Origin: a virus
Lineage: Duplodnaviria; Caudoviricetes
Virus record (IMG/VR): IMGVR_UViG_3300009314_000001
DNA: 64,000 bases
Strand: one strand, 5' to 3'
Shown: positions 9,978-19,940 of the stretch, one piece after another
How positions within the stretch are numbered: position 1 is the stretch's first letter
Layout of the letters: every line of letters begins with the position of its first letter
Made by a program: the position numbers and the translations under genes
The notes under the pieces: model-generated
Database searches by the model: none
Told to the model about the DNA's origin: nothing
The model's input: only the letters and a program-made list of their open reading frames with translations

Positions 9978-10458
9978 TTTTGTGTCTCACTAATATCCAA
10001 TTATCCTTAGGAATTTGATCAATTACTTGTCGATCATCTTCCGTTAAGTATTCTATATATGCCACTCGACCAACAATTAAGTAGTCATATTTAATTTTGT
10101 CCGAAATAAATTCTTTAATTCTCGACAATAATTGTCCCTTAGGTGCTGATATAGTACAACGACGCGGAAAAGTCAATAAACCAGAGTTAAAATAACGATC
10201 CAAAACATCAGAAGTCGACTCCACCTTAATAACCTGTGGGTAATGCTGCTGCAAGAATTTGGCAAGTTCATCAGAACCACCAAAATCCTCTATTGCGTCA
10301 AGCACCTCCATCATTAACTTCTGATTACTACCACAACCATGAGATTCTCTCAAATCCTTCATGAATGCAGTATACAAGGCCTTATTATACTCATAAAGCC
10401 ATGTCTGCCATGTGGGTGATGTAGCAAGATCACAAAATCTACCAGTTCGTAGTTGCAT
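9970..10458 (-). CDS. hypothetical protein
   Basis: 162-aa ORF coupled to the upstream gene (TAATG). Confidence 0.65.
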   Translation of the reverse strand: MQLRTGRFCDLATSPTWQTWLYEYNKALYTAFMKDLRESHGCGSNQKLMMEVLDAIEDFGGSDELAKFLQQHYPQVIKVESTSDVLDRYFNSGLLTFPRRCTISAPKGQLLSRIKEFISDKIKYDYLIVGRVAYIEYLTEDDRQVIDQIPKDNWILVRHKNG

Positions 10459-12914
10459 TATCCCACCGGAAATAGGACAATATCCATTTGATACATTAGA
10501 TGTCGGTGCCCAGCCGGATTACCCTTAGCGTTTGTGTATTCTTGATCTCTAATAATAGAAATTACCGTATCACTCAGTTCTTTATCGTATTTGAATAAGA
10601 TATCTTGTGATGATGATAATGGTGCAAACGTCTTACCATCTAACGTAGGCCATGCAAATGCTGGATATCCAATCTCTGATAACTGTTCTATGCAAGGAGT
10701 ATCTTCCTTTTCACCACCTCCACAAGAAGTATCATCACCAATCGATCTTTTGACAACTATATAATTCTGTCCGGCTATATTGATAATGACACCACAACAC
10801 TTACCACTCTCCCACCCCCGCTTATACCATGCAAAATGTCTAGCATTCATTCTGCATATTAGTTCTTCCTCTTCCTCTTCTTTCTTCACATTCCTCACAT
10901 AAGCGGATTTTGTAGGTTTAGCCTTCAGCTCAATTTCCGCTTCTTTAGTAAAATCAACAATCACGGAACCGGATACATTAGCTGTCGGAATCATATGAAA
11001 GAAGCCACCAACTTCTCCACCATCATGCTCGAATGATAAAGTAAGACCCTCATATGCTGATTTTGCAGCTATCAAACTATCGAATTTACCTTTATTAAGG
11101 AATCTTACTTGTTTATTTTCACCCCCCTCGACATAACTCAAAGCAAGATCCGCAAAGTGTCTTCCGTTGATTTGTGCACCAAAAGTACGCAACGTAGCGA
11201 CATACTTGCCCTTATCCAAGTTAATAATTGCAGAATTAGTCGCAGAGACATTCAACAATGGATCTATTTCAATAATCTGGTCTGATGTGACCAATTCCCT
11301 AACAGCTGAAGCGGCAGAAGCAGACGGTGGACAAGAGAGCGTAAGTTCCCATGCCGTATCTGGTAGTGGACCATAAACATCAACTGTAGCAGAAGTAGTA
11401 GCTGAAGTCTTATTGAATGTCATCGAGCCACTTCCAGTACCCTGAATTGTCTCTGCTGGGTACCCACGACTAGCCAATTCCGAATTCAATTGACTTTGAT
11501 AAGATGACCTACCCCTATATCCAGTATCAATAACTACTGCACCATCAAACGTAACCACGAACTTATCTGGTACATTATAAGCCTGATAATTCAAAGTAAT
11601 TGTACCAGTACCAGCACCAAGAGCAACAGTAATTGTTCGCGGAAAAACTTGGGCACCACTATACGTCACCGGCTGGGCACAAACACAATTAACTCCAGTA
11701 CATGGAGTCCCAGGTGGCGGAGGAGGTGGCGGAGGCGGAGGAGGTGGAGGTGGCGGAGGAGGTGGTACATCACAAACCTCTTCATATCCTGGCGGCCACA
11801 AAGCAGTACTCTGCTTAAACCTTTGTTGCCAACTAGACGGATCCCTCTCGTGAATGCTAATCCCCTGCGGAAGTGCTTGTGCAGCCGTACTCTCCATATG
11901 GCGACGAAGATGATTACTCTTCGTCTTTGAAATACAATTCTCTAGGGCACAACACAATGCTGCCTTCTGTTCATCAAAAAGGTCAGACATTGTTTGTATC
12001 CAGAATTCTACTATGTCCTCATAACCCTGCTTTAATCTAGCAACTTCAGTTAGAAATTGCGTACGTATAGCTTCGATTATTATATCAACATCTATATAAT
12101 ATATAGTTTGCGGCGTACCAACAACACTTTCTACAGCCAAAACCCAACTACTCTCCTGTTGTTTCACATTAAATAAACTAGTTGATGCATCAGCCTTACC
12201 GACCACTTGTCTATCAAATTGCAAAGTATACTTTGTCGGATCCTCAGCGTCCTGTACTGCCTCAACAGAAGTTAATGCTGTCTTTAGGCCACGTTTCGCC
12301 TTAGCCTGTATTGGCTCTGGCTGAAGATCTAGATTACATTCTGGTGCAAGCCCCTGTTCACCTTGGTCTCCCTGAGGACCTGCTAATATTTCATTCTCAC
12401 CAGGCTCACCAGTTTCGCCCTTTAATCCTTTTGGTCCTACTGGTCCTTCGACTATTAACTGACCACGCCTTCTTAGTTCTGCTACTAGATTTGGTATATT
12501 AACAGTGAAATCAAAACCGTAAGTATGCTGATGAATATGAAATGGATGTGATTCACTTATCGTGGCCCCAGTCGAATCAACATTCCTGATATCAACATTA
12601 CCATCTACATCGATAAATCTATTATCACCATATAATCCAATAGTTCCTTTTATGTATGCCCCAAGACAATCATTACCAATAATTGTTGAATCTGGTGGTG
12701 GAATAACTAACCTATTCAGTTTTTGCAGGTCAGTAGCCGACATCGCACCGTCAGCTTCATTAGTAACCAAGGGCAATATCATATTGCCAGATGCGATCTT
12801 AACCCAAGAATTTATAGTAGCATCATACTTATACAATATCCCCGGCCTTAATTCAAATATCATATCATGGGTAGGATCAGCCGGGAATCGCGTAATCAAG
12901 CTCTTGTCCTCCAC
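10458..12914 (-). CDS. collagen-repeat, poly-proline fibre-like structural protein
   Basis: FPADPT..F...Y.Y...W N-terminus, PLVT...GAMS..D..KL motif, 6+4 Gly-X-Y triplets, 18 consecutive Pro. Confidence 0.7.
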   Translation of the reverse strand: MEDKSLITRFPADPTHDMIFELRPGILYKYDATINSWVKIASGNMILPLVTNEADGAMSATDLQKLNRLVIPPPDSTIIGNDCLGAYIKGTIGLYGDNRFIDVDGNVDIRNVDSTGATISESHPFHIHQHTYGFDFTVNIPNLVAELRRRGQLIVEGPVGPKGLKGETGEPGENEILAGPQGDQGEQGLAPECNLDLQPEPIQAKAKRGLKTALTSVEAVQDAEDPTKYTLQFDRQVVGKADASTSLFNVKQQESSWVLAVESVVGTPQTIYYIDVDIIIEAIRTQFLTEVARLKQGYEDIVEFWIQTMSDLFDEQKAALCCALENCISKTKSNHLRRHMESTAAQALPQGISIHERDPSSWQQRFKQSTALWPPGYEEVCDVPPPPPPPPPPPPPPPPPPGTPCTGVNCVCAQPVTYSGAQVFPRTITVALGAGTGTITLNYQAYNVPDKFVVTFDGAVVIDTGYRGRSSYQSQLNSELASRGYPAETIQGTGSGSMTFNKTSATTSATVDVYGPLPDTAWELTLSCPPSASAASAVRELVTSDQIIEIDPLLNVSATNSAIINLDKGKYVATLRTFGAQINGRHFADLALSYVEGGENKQVRFLNKGKFDSLIAAKSAYEGLTLSFEHDGGEVGGFFHMIPTANVSGSVIVDFTKEAEIELKAKPTKSAYVRNVKKEEEEEELICRMNARHFAWYKRGWESGKCCGVIINIAGQNYIVVKRSIGDDTSCGGGEKEDTPCIEQLSEIGYPAFAWPTLDGKTFAPLSSSQDILFKYDKELSDTVISIIRDQEYTNAKGNPAGHRHLMYQMDIVLFPVG

Positions 12915-14146
12915 TCTCTGGCACCCATAGTAAATCTAGAGACTTCTCTATTGCCAACTATAGCACGAGCATCTGATGCTATAGAAGGACTAGTAGGACT
13001 ACACGGATTAGTAAATGTAATACAATATTCCATGGCTGGCAAATTAAATTCACACATCGCCAACTCATGAGCTAGGTCTGATAAAATACGACGTGCTTTA
13101 TCATCAATCTCTTCGATATATTCTTTTACTTGTTTACCCCATGCCTCATCGATCTTAGTCAGTCGTTTTTTGTATTCCTCGACAATATCGGTAACAAAAT
13201 CCGATAATGACATAGTACCATTAAAACCAACAGGTTCACCATCCCTATCATTGGAACCCTTGGCAAGCCTCAATAATTGTAAATCTAATGTTGTTTCATC
13301 GCCACGAGGCTGCACTAATGTCCATCCATCAAGCCTTGTTACGTCACAAACAGCTACATCCGGGTCTTCTGGATATACGAGTGACCTACTTAATGGGAGT
13401 GCTAGGACTTTATCTGCTGGTCTGTCTTCTGGGATATCAAGTTTGGCTTTTGTCGATATTAGTTTACATCCATGTCCATCATTATCCATCAATTTCAAGT
13501 CTACTATTGCATCTTCAGCAATTCCACTAATATCTCTATATGAAATTCCAGTAAGTTCGCATAATACTCCTATACTAGTGCCTTGTTCACCCTGTTGACC
13601 CTGCGGCCCATCACTGAAGCCATGTTCTCCTTGAAGTCCTTTATATCCTGTCTCTCCCCTATCTCCTGTTGGGCCTGGAAGATCTATTATTAGAGTATCA
13701 AGCCATAAATCTTTTGGCTTAAATAATAATCCAGGTGGGTCTTCAGTTGGAGCAGCACAGAAAACAGTCTGATCAGCACATTCTTCTGATTTCTGTCTTG
13801 TCGTGCCAACACAAATTATGTCTAAGCTCTCACTACGTAATTCTATTGGCCCTTGAATTACACCGTCAGGATTTGTATCAGTACTTAATAATTGTTTGGG
13901 GTCTACAATAATTCCAAAGCCACCACCAACAGCAGGGATTGAGTCCAAGGCTTTTTTATCCTGCCTGGACATGTATCCATATTCTTCGTTTGTTGCCAGT
14001 GGGATACTATCTACGGTACCTCCACGTTCCCATAGGAATATCTTGCTATTATAGACCCAGCGCACGAATTCACTGTCTACAAAGACTTGGCCATCCGTAG
14101 GGATCGCTGGGAAAACAGATGATCTGCCTGGTTTTGGTAGCGCCAT
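12896..14146 (-). CDS. collagen-repeat fibre-like protein (paralog of 10458-12914)
   Basis: FPAIPTDGQVF..W.Y..W, PLATNEEYGYMSRQDKKAL, 7+4 Gly-X-Y triplets. Confidence 0.7.
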   Translation of the reverse strand: MALPKPGRSSVFPAIPTDGQVFVDSEFVRWVYNSKIFLWERGGTVDSIPLATNEEYGYMSRQDKKALDSIPAVGGGFGIIVDPKQLLSTDTNPDGVIQGPIELRSESLDIICVGTTRQKSEECADQTVFCAAPTEDPPGLLFKPKDLWLDTLIIDLPGPTGDRGETGYKGLQGEHGFSDGPQGQQGEQGTSIGVLCELTGISYRDISGIAEDAIVDLKLMDNDGHGCKLISTKAKLDIPEDRPADKVLALPLSRSLVYPEDPDVAVCDVTRLDGWTLVQPRGDETTLDLQLLRLAKGSNDRDGEPVGFNGTMSLSDFVTDIVEEYKKRLTKIDEAWGKQVKEYIEEIDDKARRILSDLAHELAMCEFNLPAMEYCITFTNPCSPTSPSIASDARAIVGNREVSRFTMGAREWRTRA

Positions 14147-14233
14147 AGATATATATATCTAACGAGACTAATTTTACTACTTGTAGATTTGCACTTTCAA
14201 AACTACGTTAGGCCCACACATAGGAGATCCATA

Positions 14234-15715
14234 ATGCCTGATACCCAAGCAATCCAAGAAGCGAATGACACTCGCCTACACAAAATGGCTAACGTTGTTG
14301 GAACTGCAATAGGTGAAAAATTCGTAAATGGCGAACCTACTGGTAATCCGGCAGTGCTAGTGTTCGTGCAGAAGAAATTCTCCAAGAGAGGAGTTTTCAG
14401 CAAATTCTCTGCAGACGAAATGATACCAGACGAACTAGACGGCGTACCAACTGATGTAATAGAAGTTGGACATATCGTCAAGCAAGCCGGATTCAAAAGC
14501 AAAGTACGACCATTACAACCTGGATACAGTTGTGGGCACGGGGGAATTACAGCCGGTACTATCGGAGGATTCTTCCGCGATAAAGACGGCGACCTGGTCA
14601 TGCTATCAAACAATCATGTCGTAGCGGACGAGAATAAAGCAAAAAAAGGCGACCCAATATTTCAACCTGGTCCAACCGATAATCACTCCAATAAGAATTT
14701 CAGAGGATGGCCTGATCCAGTTGCTAAACTACCATATTTCGCAACACTGAAGCGATATGTAAGACTCAAGGGTTCTGGCAATAGACAAGATTCAGGAATC
14801 TGTAAAGTCCACCCAAAAATCCTCAAGGAAGGACTCATAGATTATGTATATCCTGTGGTCAATAAGAGATTACAAGGATGGGAACATCCAAACGTCGGAG
14901 AACAAGTACAGAAATGTGGTAGAACTACGGGGTATACCACTGGCAGGATAATTGGGCAAAACGCCAGCTTCTCAGTAGGCTACGATTTCGGTGTAGCCAG
15001 GTTTAAGAACTGTATAGTACTATCAGCTATGAGTAGGGGCGGCGATTCTGGCAGTGTTATAGCCGATTTGGATATGAATGCCGTAGGATTATTATTTGCC
15101 GGATCTACAAAGGTAACACTCGCCAATCCTATCGGATTAGTCAAGGCTCATTACGGCTTGGAGTTAGTCACAAGCAAAGTGGATGAACCTGAGGTACAAT
15201 TCGGAGGAAGAACGTGGGATGTCTTCAGGGGGTCAGGTACTCTACGATCACAAGGTGGTCAACTTCATATCTCGAACAAGGCACATAATTTCTGTTATGC
15301 CGAATGCGATATCGACAAGTTCAAAACTATTTCGTGCGTAGTCAATAGTGGTTCTGATAAAGGAGTTACTTGGGGGCCTGGACTACTAGTGAAATGGGCA
15401 AATGGATTTGTAAAAGTCAATGTACGATATAATAGGAGTTTTGGTGGTTTCGTTAACGAACAGCGAGTAGGCGGAATAGGAAATACGAAACCAAATACTG
15501 ATTATCCTATGAGAATAGTCAAGAATCAAAACACGATAAAGGGAGAAGTGTTCTCGAACTCGAAATGGCTCAAAGTACTAGAAGTCCCAACCTCAGTATT
15601 TCCTGGGCCAGTAGATGTTGTGAGAATTGGTAAGATCGGGAGTAATGGTGGGGGAAACAACTCAAAGAGTGGTAAGGTAGGGAGTTGCCAAGTAAAGGAC
15701 TTCAAGGTAACCTAG
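14234..15715 (+). CDS. Nal1-like trypsin-fold serine protease with extra C-terminal beta-rich domain
   Basis: VLVFVQKK..IPDELDGVPTDVIEVG N-domain; SNNHV / QDSG / GDSGS triad; GGAG before ATG 14234. Confidence 0.85.
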   Translation: MPDTQAIQEANDTRLHKMANVVGTAIGEKFVNGEPTGNPAVLVFVQKKFSKRGVFSKFSADEMIPDELDGVPTDVIEVGHIVKQAGFKSKVRPLQPGYSCGHGGITAGTIGGFFRDKDGDLVMLSNNHVVADENKAKKGDPIFQPGPTDNHSNKNFRGWPDPVAKLPYFATLKRYVRLKGSGNRQDSGICKVHPKILKEGLIDYVYPVVNKRLQGWEHPNVGEQVQKCGRTTGYTTGRIIGQNASFSVGYDFGVARFKNCIVLSAMSRGGDSGSVIADLDMNAVGLLFAGSTKVTLANPIGLVKAHYGLELVTSKVDEPEVQFGGRTWDVFRGSGTLRSQGGQLHISNKAHNFCYAECDIDKFKTISCVVNSGSDKGVTWGPGLLVKWANGFVKVNVRYNRSFGGFVNEQRVGGIGNTKPNTDYPMRIVKNQNTIKGEVFSNSKWLKVLEVPTSVFPGPVDVVRIGKIGSNGGGNNSKSGKVGSCQVKDFKVT

Positions 15716-15897
15716 TATTCCTCGTCGTCCTCATCGTCCCATTCTTCGTCATCATCGTCGTCCCAATCCCAATCGTCATCGTCGTCGTCCTCTTCCCATT
15801 CATCAAATTCATCGTCATCTTCATCCCAGGAATTATAGGTCGTCACCGTCGTCGGCCTCAATTCCTCTGGAAGATGGCGTGGAGACTTCATGGACAT
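15712..15897 (-). CDS. small, extremely acidic D/E/W-rich protein
   Basis: C-terminal 38 residues are almost all D/E with spaced W/F/Y. Confidence 0.55.
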   Translation of the reverse strand: MSMKSPRHLPEELRPTTVTTYNSWDEDDDEFDEWEEDDDDDDWDWDDDDDEEWDDEDDEEY

Positions 15898-16051
15898 TGG
15901 TCAAATTCCTTAATTGATGTCCAAGGGCTAAAAGAGCGGTATTTTCAGTACTCGTATCAAGAATAAGAGCACCAAGTGCCTCTCCAAGTTTCCTCTCAAG
16001 CCGAATGAATATACGGTCATCAATTTCGAACGCAGGTAAGTCGTCTGACAT
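15833..16051 (-). CDS. hypothetical protein
   Basis: 72-aa ORF. Confidence 0.55.
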   Translation of the reverse strand: MSDDLPAFEIDDRIFIRLERKLGEALGALILDTSTENTALLALGHQLRNLTNVHEVSTPSSRGIEADDGDDL

Positions 16052-16091
16052 GATAATTCCAGTCTTATAAAAATTGCTGGAATTATCTTTT
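16052..16091 (+). terminator. 11-bp stem hairpin followed by a T-run
   Basis: GATAATTCCAG...CTGGAATTATC then TTTT. Confidence 0.5.
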
Positions 16092-16095
16092 ACTA

Positions 16096-16845
16096 TTACT
16101 GACCATCAAATACATGCTTCTCATAGTTGCAATTATAACACAATACTTGAAAACCATTTGGATATCCTTCAGCACGAAGCCATTTGTAAATTGATTTGGT
16201 CAACTTCGCACGATGCCGCACACCACTACCTTCAACATGATCTATGGTCAAAAATTCTATAATTTCCTCAGAACAGCTCGCACATTGAGGTGTACCGCTG
16301 CTATAACGTTCCAGTACTTCAAAACGAATCCTATACGCATATCGTTTATATCTTGTATCAAGAACTCGTTCGAAATTTGGTGAATGAGGGCATAGACCAA
16401 AGCGCCTACCAGAATTACAATTTAAACAAAGAGTTTGAAAACCGTCAGGATATTCATTTTTCTTAAGCCAAGCATATATCCTAGCCCCACCACCTCTACC
16501 ACCAAGGTCATTTCTGCGATGCCTAGCACCATCGCCATTAATATGATCAATAGTTAGAGCTCGCGTCTCGTCACAACACACACAAGCAACTATATCACCG
16601 GCAGAATATCGCAAGAGGGCTTCTTGTTTATATTGATTGTATCGTCGCTTATCATTATTACGCTTAATTTCAGTACAATGCATACACCGCTGTTGGCCCT
16701 CAGCAACAGGGCGAATTTGACAATTACGACACATACCAATAGCAATAGCTGCTTTTGTTCTACATCTACGACAATAATCTTTGTAATACTGATGACCGTT
16801 GGAGTGTCGTTCTATTGGCCGACTGCATTCTTGGCAAACGTGCAT
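16096..16845 (-). CDS. HNH endonuclease with two tandem HNH-type domains
   Basis: Two copies of C..C.E...LTIDH..G.G...WL...YP.GFQ.LC.NCN, plus N-terminal CxxC pairs. Confidence 0.85.
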   Translation of the reverse strand: MHVCQECSRPIERHSNGHQYYKDYCRRCRTKAAIAIGMCRNCQIRPVAEGQQRCMHCTEIKRNNDKRRYNQYKQEALLRYSAGDIVACVCCDETRALTIDHINGDGARHRRNDLGGRGGGARIYAWLKKNEYPDGFQTLCLNCNSGRRFGLCPHSPNFERVLDTRYKRYAYRIRFEVLERYSSGTPQCASCSEEIIEFLTIDHVEGSGVRHRAKLTKSIYKWLRAEGYPNGFQVLCYNCNYEKHVFDGQ

Positions 16846-16864
16846 TCGTTCTCCTCCGACACAC

Positions 16865-16872
16865 TATTTTTG
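16865..16872 (-). promoter_or_regulatory. CAAAAATA motif
   Basis: 19 nt upstream of the HNH ATG, with GGAGG in between. Confidence 0.4.
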
Positions 16873-16910
16873 CCGAAGAAGAACGAAAAGTAAGCGACTA
16901 AGATGGGGGG

Positions 16911-18266
16911 TTATTCAGTAACCCGCATGCGGACTTGGTGGCCCCAACCAGGGCCGTCAGTGTCCGGCGTAGTAATAACTGTAATCATCGGGAATGGCTT
17001 TGGCTCAGCCCAATTGCAGTAACCATCCGTCAGCATTACTTGGCAATCGGCAACCTGATTGTTATCACACAACCACTCAACCGGAGCAGCCATATCCGTA
17101 CCACCACGACCGTGAACCTCGAACTTCTTCCAGTCGCCACGACGATACATCGCGAAGCCCTGGAAAGCGTGATCCCACTGCAGAACCATTACCTTCGCCC
17201 TGCTAGCGATCATATCGATTTCAGCGAAGAACTGCTCAAGTTCTCGGCTTCCGATTGATCCGGAAGTATCGATAATTACACAGACATTAGCTGCGGCGTG
17301 ACGGCTGATACCCGGCATACCGAACCAGTCTCGTCGGCGATTTCGACGGCTGTAAGTCTTTCGCTGGTTTCCGACATGCTTGCCGAAATAATGTCGGAGT
17401 AATTCCCGCCAACGGATCACAGGCTTATTCAAGGCCTTGATGGCTTCGACCAGATGCCCAGGAGTATGTCCTTGGCACTTTTCGGAGGCCTGAACGACCA
17501 TATCCTTGACCACTTGTCGTGCCTCGTCTTCTGAGACGTCGGACTGATTCCAGATTGAGTGGTCGTCGATGGCTTGTCCGGAGACTCCACCGAAACTGTA
17601 ACCGTCGCCGGATTGGCCACATTGTGGGCATGCATTTGGATCTGGTTGGCCGCCTCCGCCGCCACCACCTTTCTGCTTACCCTTGCCGCCCTTGCCTTTA
17701 CCTTTACCGCTCATAGGGCGACCGCAATTCCCACAGCAATTACCACCCTTCTTCTCGAGCTTGGCGTAGTAATGCTCGGAGGTCTCGTCCTTGGGCCAGT
17801 CGTCAGGAATCCAGCAGATTTGTCCCTTGTGCGGGATAATCACTTCGTTGGTGGAAGGATCGGTGTAGCCGATTCGCGGAGCAGTACGAGGACCGTTTAC
17901 GGTCATATCTGCTGCGACGTTCCAGGCTTCTGGATTCCGGTGGCCAATTCGTACGCAGTGAACGCGAACGATATGCTCGATTTCGTGCTGGATAACAGCG
18001 AAGAGTTCCTCGATTGTGAGGGAATCTACAAATGGTGGATACCAAAGGCACTGGATATCGCATCCATTGATGATACGGACGCCCATCGTTCTCTTCTCTT
18101 CCTGCAACCATGGCATCCCACTTGGGATCCAGGTCATGCTCATTGCAATATGACCGTACCAGGGCTCGCGCGTCATTAGACGGCAGCGGGCGTTCATAAC
18201 CTTGTCGAGGATCGGCTGATCCACAGTCATCTTCGACGAGTTCATTGCAACCATGTTGAGCGCCAT
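16911..18266 (-). CDS. DUF2201-type metallopeptidase-like + vWA domain protein (MoxR partner)
   Basis: QHEIEH (HExxH), WNVAADMTVN, MIDAS IDTSGS, GRGGTD, LTDGY. Confidence 0.9.
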   Translation of the reverse strand: MALNMVAMNSSKMTVDQPILDKVMNARCRLMTREPWYGHIAMSMTWIPSGMPWLQEEKRTMGVRIINGCDIQCLWYPPFVDSLTIEELFAVIQHEIEHIVRVHCVRIGHRNPEAWNVAADMTVNGPRTAPRIGYTDPSTNEVIIPHKGQICWIPDDWPKDETSEHYYAKLEKKGGNCCGNCGRPMSGKGKGKGGKGKQKGGGGGGGQPDPNACPQCGQSGDGYSFGGVSGQAIDDHSIWNQSDVSEDEARQVVKDMVVQASEKCQGHTPGHLVEAIKALNKPVIRWRELLRHYFGKHVGNQRKTYSRRNRRRDWFGMPGISRHAAANVCVIIDTSGSIGSRELEQFFAEIDMIASRAKVMVLQWDHAFQGFAMYRRGDWKKFEVHGRGGTDMAAPVEWLCDNNQVADCQVMLTDGYCNWAEPKPFPMITVITTPDTDGPGWGHQVRMRVTE

Positions 18267-18358
18267 CCTATTCCTCCCGTAAAAGGTGTTTTGTGGTACC
18301 CACCTGTTACAAAGAGGAATCCATAGGTTAAATTCTTAGAATGCCTTCCTTAACATAT

Positions 18359-18769
18359 TTAATACACCAGTACTACACCAGTACAACATTTTTCAATTGA
18401 TTTCGGGTCGGCTAGATCAACGGAGAATTCATATCGGGTTGATTTCGTCTCTACGCCTCGTGGTAATTCAGGTAAATTAGATTTCCTATCTATACTCACT
18501 TCCATACATGGGTTCTGTGGGTGTATAATATTACACTTTACTACCCCATTAGCCACGAGAACATGAACCTTCATAGTATATGCACCACTTGTGACAGCAA
18601 ATTCATTGGTCGGTAATGCCGTGCCTTGAACCACAAAAGGTTCAACTTCTACGATTTTCCATACCAGAGGCAGTTTTGGTAATGACAAATAGAGATGCCT
18701 ACCTCGACTGGAAGGCGGACTTCTTCGGTGCCTGGAACGAAGAGCGCGAAAAGATCCAGAACCAAGCAC
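18359..18769 (-). CDS. hypothetical protein, DP-motif family
   Basis: C-terminal VDLADPKSIE; true start probably near TTG 18688. Confidence 0.6.
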   Translation of the reverse strand: MLGSGSFRALRSRHRRSPPSSRGRHLYLSLPKLPLVWKIVEVEPFVVQGTALPTNEFAVTSGAYTMKVHVLVANGVVKCNIIHPQNPCMEVSIDRKSNLPELPRGVETKSTRYEFSVDLADPKSIEKCCTGVVLVY

Positions 18770-18870
18770 CGAATCAACTACCGATCTGGTGCGATCACGA
18801 AAACAATATCTGGATCAACATGAAAACTATGCAACAGATGAATCACTGCTACTACGGGGATGAGGGATGA
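18682..18870 (+). CDS. small hypothetical protein
   Basis: MTNRDAYLDW..., ATGA-coupled to the next ORF. Confidence 0.5.
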   Translation: MTNRDAYLDWKADFFGAWNEEREKIQNQAPNQLPIWCDHENNIWINMKTMQQMNHCYYGDEG

Positions 18871-19052
18871 AATACATGATCTACCACGACGGCTCATGGA
18901 GCGATGGAGAACTCCAGAGAATGGCTAAAGGCGAGATGATTGATCGAAACGGAAAACGGTATGCCGTTTGTCGTGATTGTAATAGGGTAATCAGAATAGA
19001 TAGGCCGTTCTTTGGTTCAATTCATGTCTGCTCGGTAGAAGATGAAGATTGA
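18867..19052 (+). CDS. small CxxC..HxC protein
   Basis: CRDC ... HVC; ATGA overlap with the previous ORF. Confidence 0.5.
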   Translation: MKYMIYHDGSWSDGELQRMAKGEMIDRNGKRYAVCRDCNRVIRIDRPFFGSIHVCSVEDED

Positions 19053-19873
19053 TCTGAGCACATATCAGCACTAGCAAGCATTTTACCCACATCGAGTGGT
19101 TCGCATGCCTCCATAAAGTCAAATAATTTCTCAAATTGGTCTTTTCTTGATTTGATAATATCAATTTGTTTTTGGATCTCCATGCGGCTTGCCATAGCTG
19201 GCAGAACTGGTATGTCAACATCAGCATAGCGTAATAGCCCATTTATCTTATGCGAGCTTCCGCCGATAGAAACAAATGGACACCTAGCCTTGCAAGCCGC
19301 ATGTACTTCATGGAATCTTGCGGTCACAAAAATCTCACAATTCCGCAAAATACCTATCATCTTCCCCCAACTATCTCTCTTAATGTTTATTCGTACATCT
19401 CCTTCAATCCCAGGTTTATTTTGCCTAAGATTACCAATAGCGAGACCATACTGCTGATCGTACTTCCTTTCCTTGAATTCAGACCAATAACTCAAATCTA
19501 TATGTATATCAGCATGAATCCGGTATGTGTTCGCTAATTCTGTTTGGCTTAGAATTTCTCTGACTGAAATATATTTAGTTCTGGAAAGAGTTCTAAGAAT
19601 TCTTTTGGTTGGTGGATTCGTATCCCACACAGTGTTTATCAAATATGTTGGTATCCCTAACTTCTGAAACCTACGTAAGAGCTTCATCTTACGCTGAAAC
19701 GTACTAGAATTGTGATGCATCGATCCTTCGCCGTTAACAATTAAAGCATCAACTTTTCCAACTCCGTCATATACAGTATGCCCACTATCTCTAATCTGTT
19801 TACACAAACATCTGTAAACTTGCTTGCACCCATGATGATATCTGCTATGATTACCGGCTATCCTCACGATCAT
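19022..19873 (-). CDS. polysaccharide pyruvyl transferase family protein
   Basis: NGEGSMHH, ISVRE..S, DLSY, FVTARFH, HKINGLL. Confidence 0.8.
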   Translation of the reverse strand: MIVRIAGNHSRYHHGCKQVYRCLCKQIRDSGHTVYDGVGKVDALIVNGEGSMHHNSSTFQRKMKLLRRFQKLGIPTYLINTVWDTNPPTKRILRTLSRTKYISVREILSQTELANTYRIHADIHIDLSYWSEFKERKYDQQYGLAIGNLRQNKPGIEGDVRINIKRDSWGKMIGILRNCEIFVTARFHEVHAACKARCPFVSIGGSSHKINGLLRYADVDIPVLPAMASRMEIQKQIDIIKSRKDQFEKLFDFMEACEPLDVGKMLASADMCSDQSSSSTEQT

Positions 19874-19940
19874 AGAATTACCCCAAATACATCATTGAAC
19901 CTGAACACTACGTATGTATTGAAATACCTAAGGAGAAAAC

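Noticed and set aside
11712-11765. Poly-proline tract as a DNA-level VNTR
   Set aside because: Mixed CCA/CCT/CCG codons indicate selection on the protein, not a slippage repeat.
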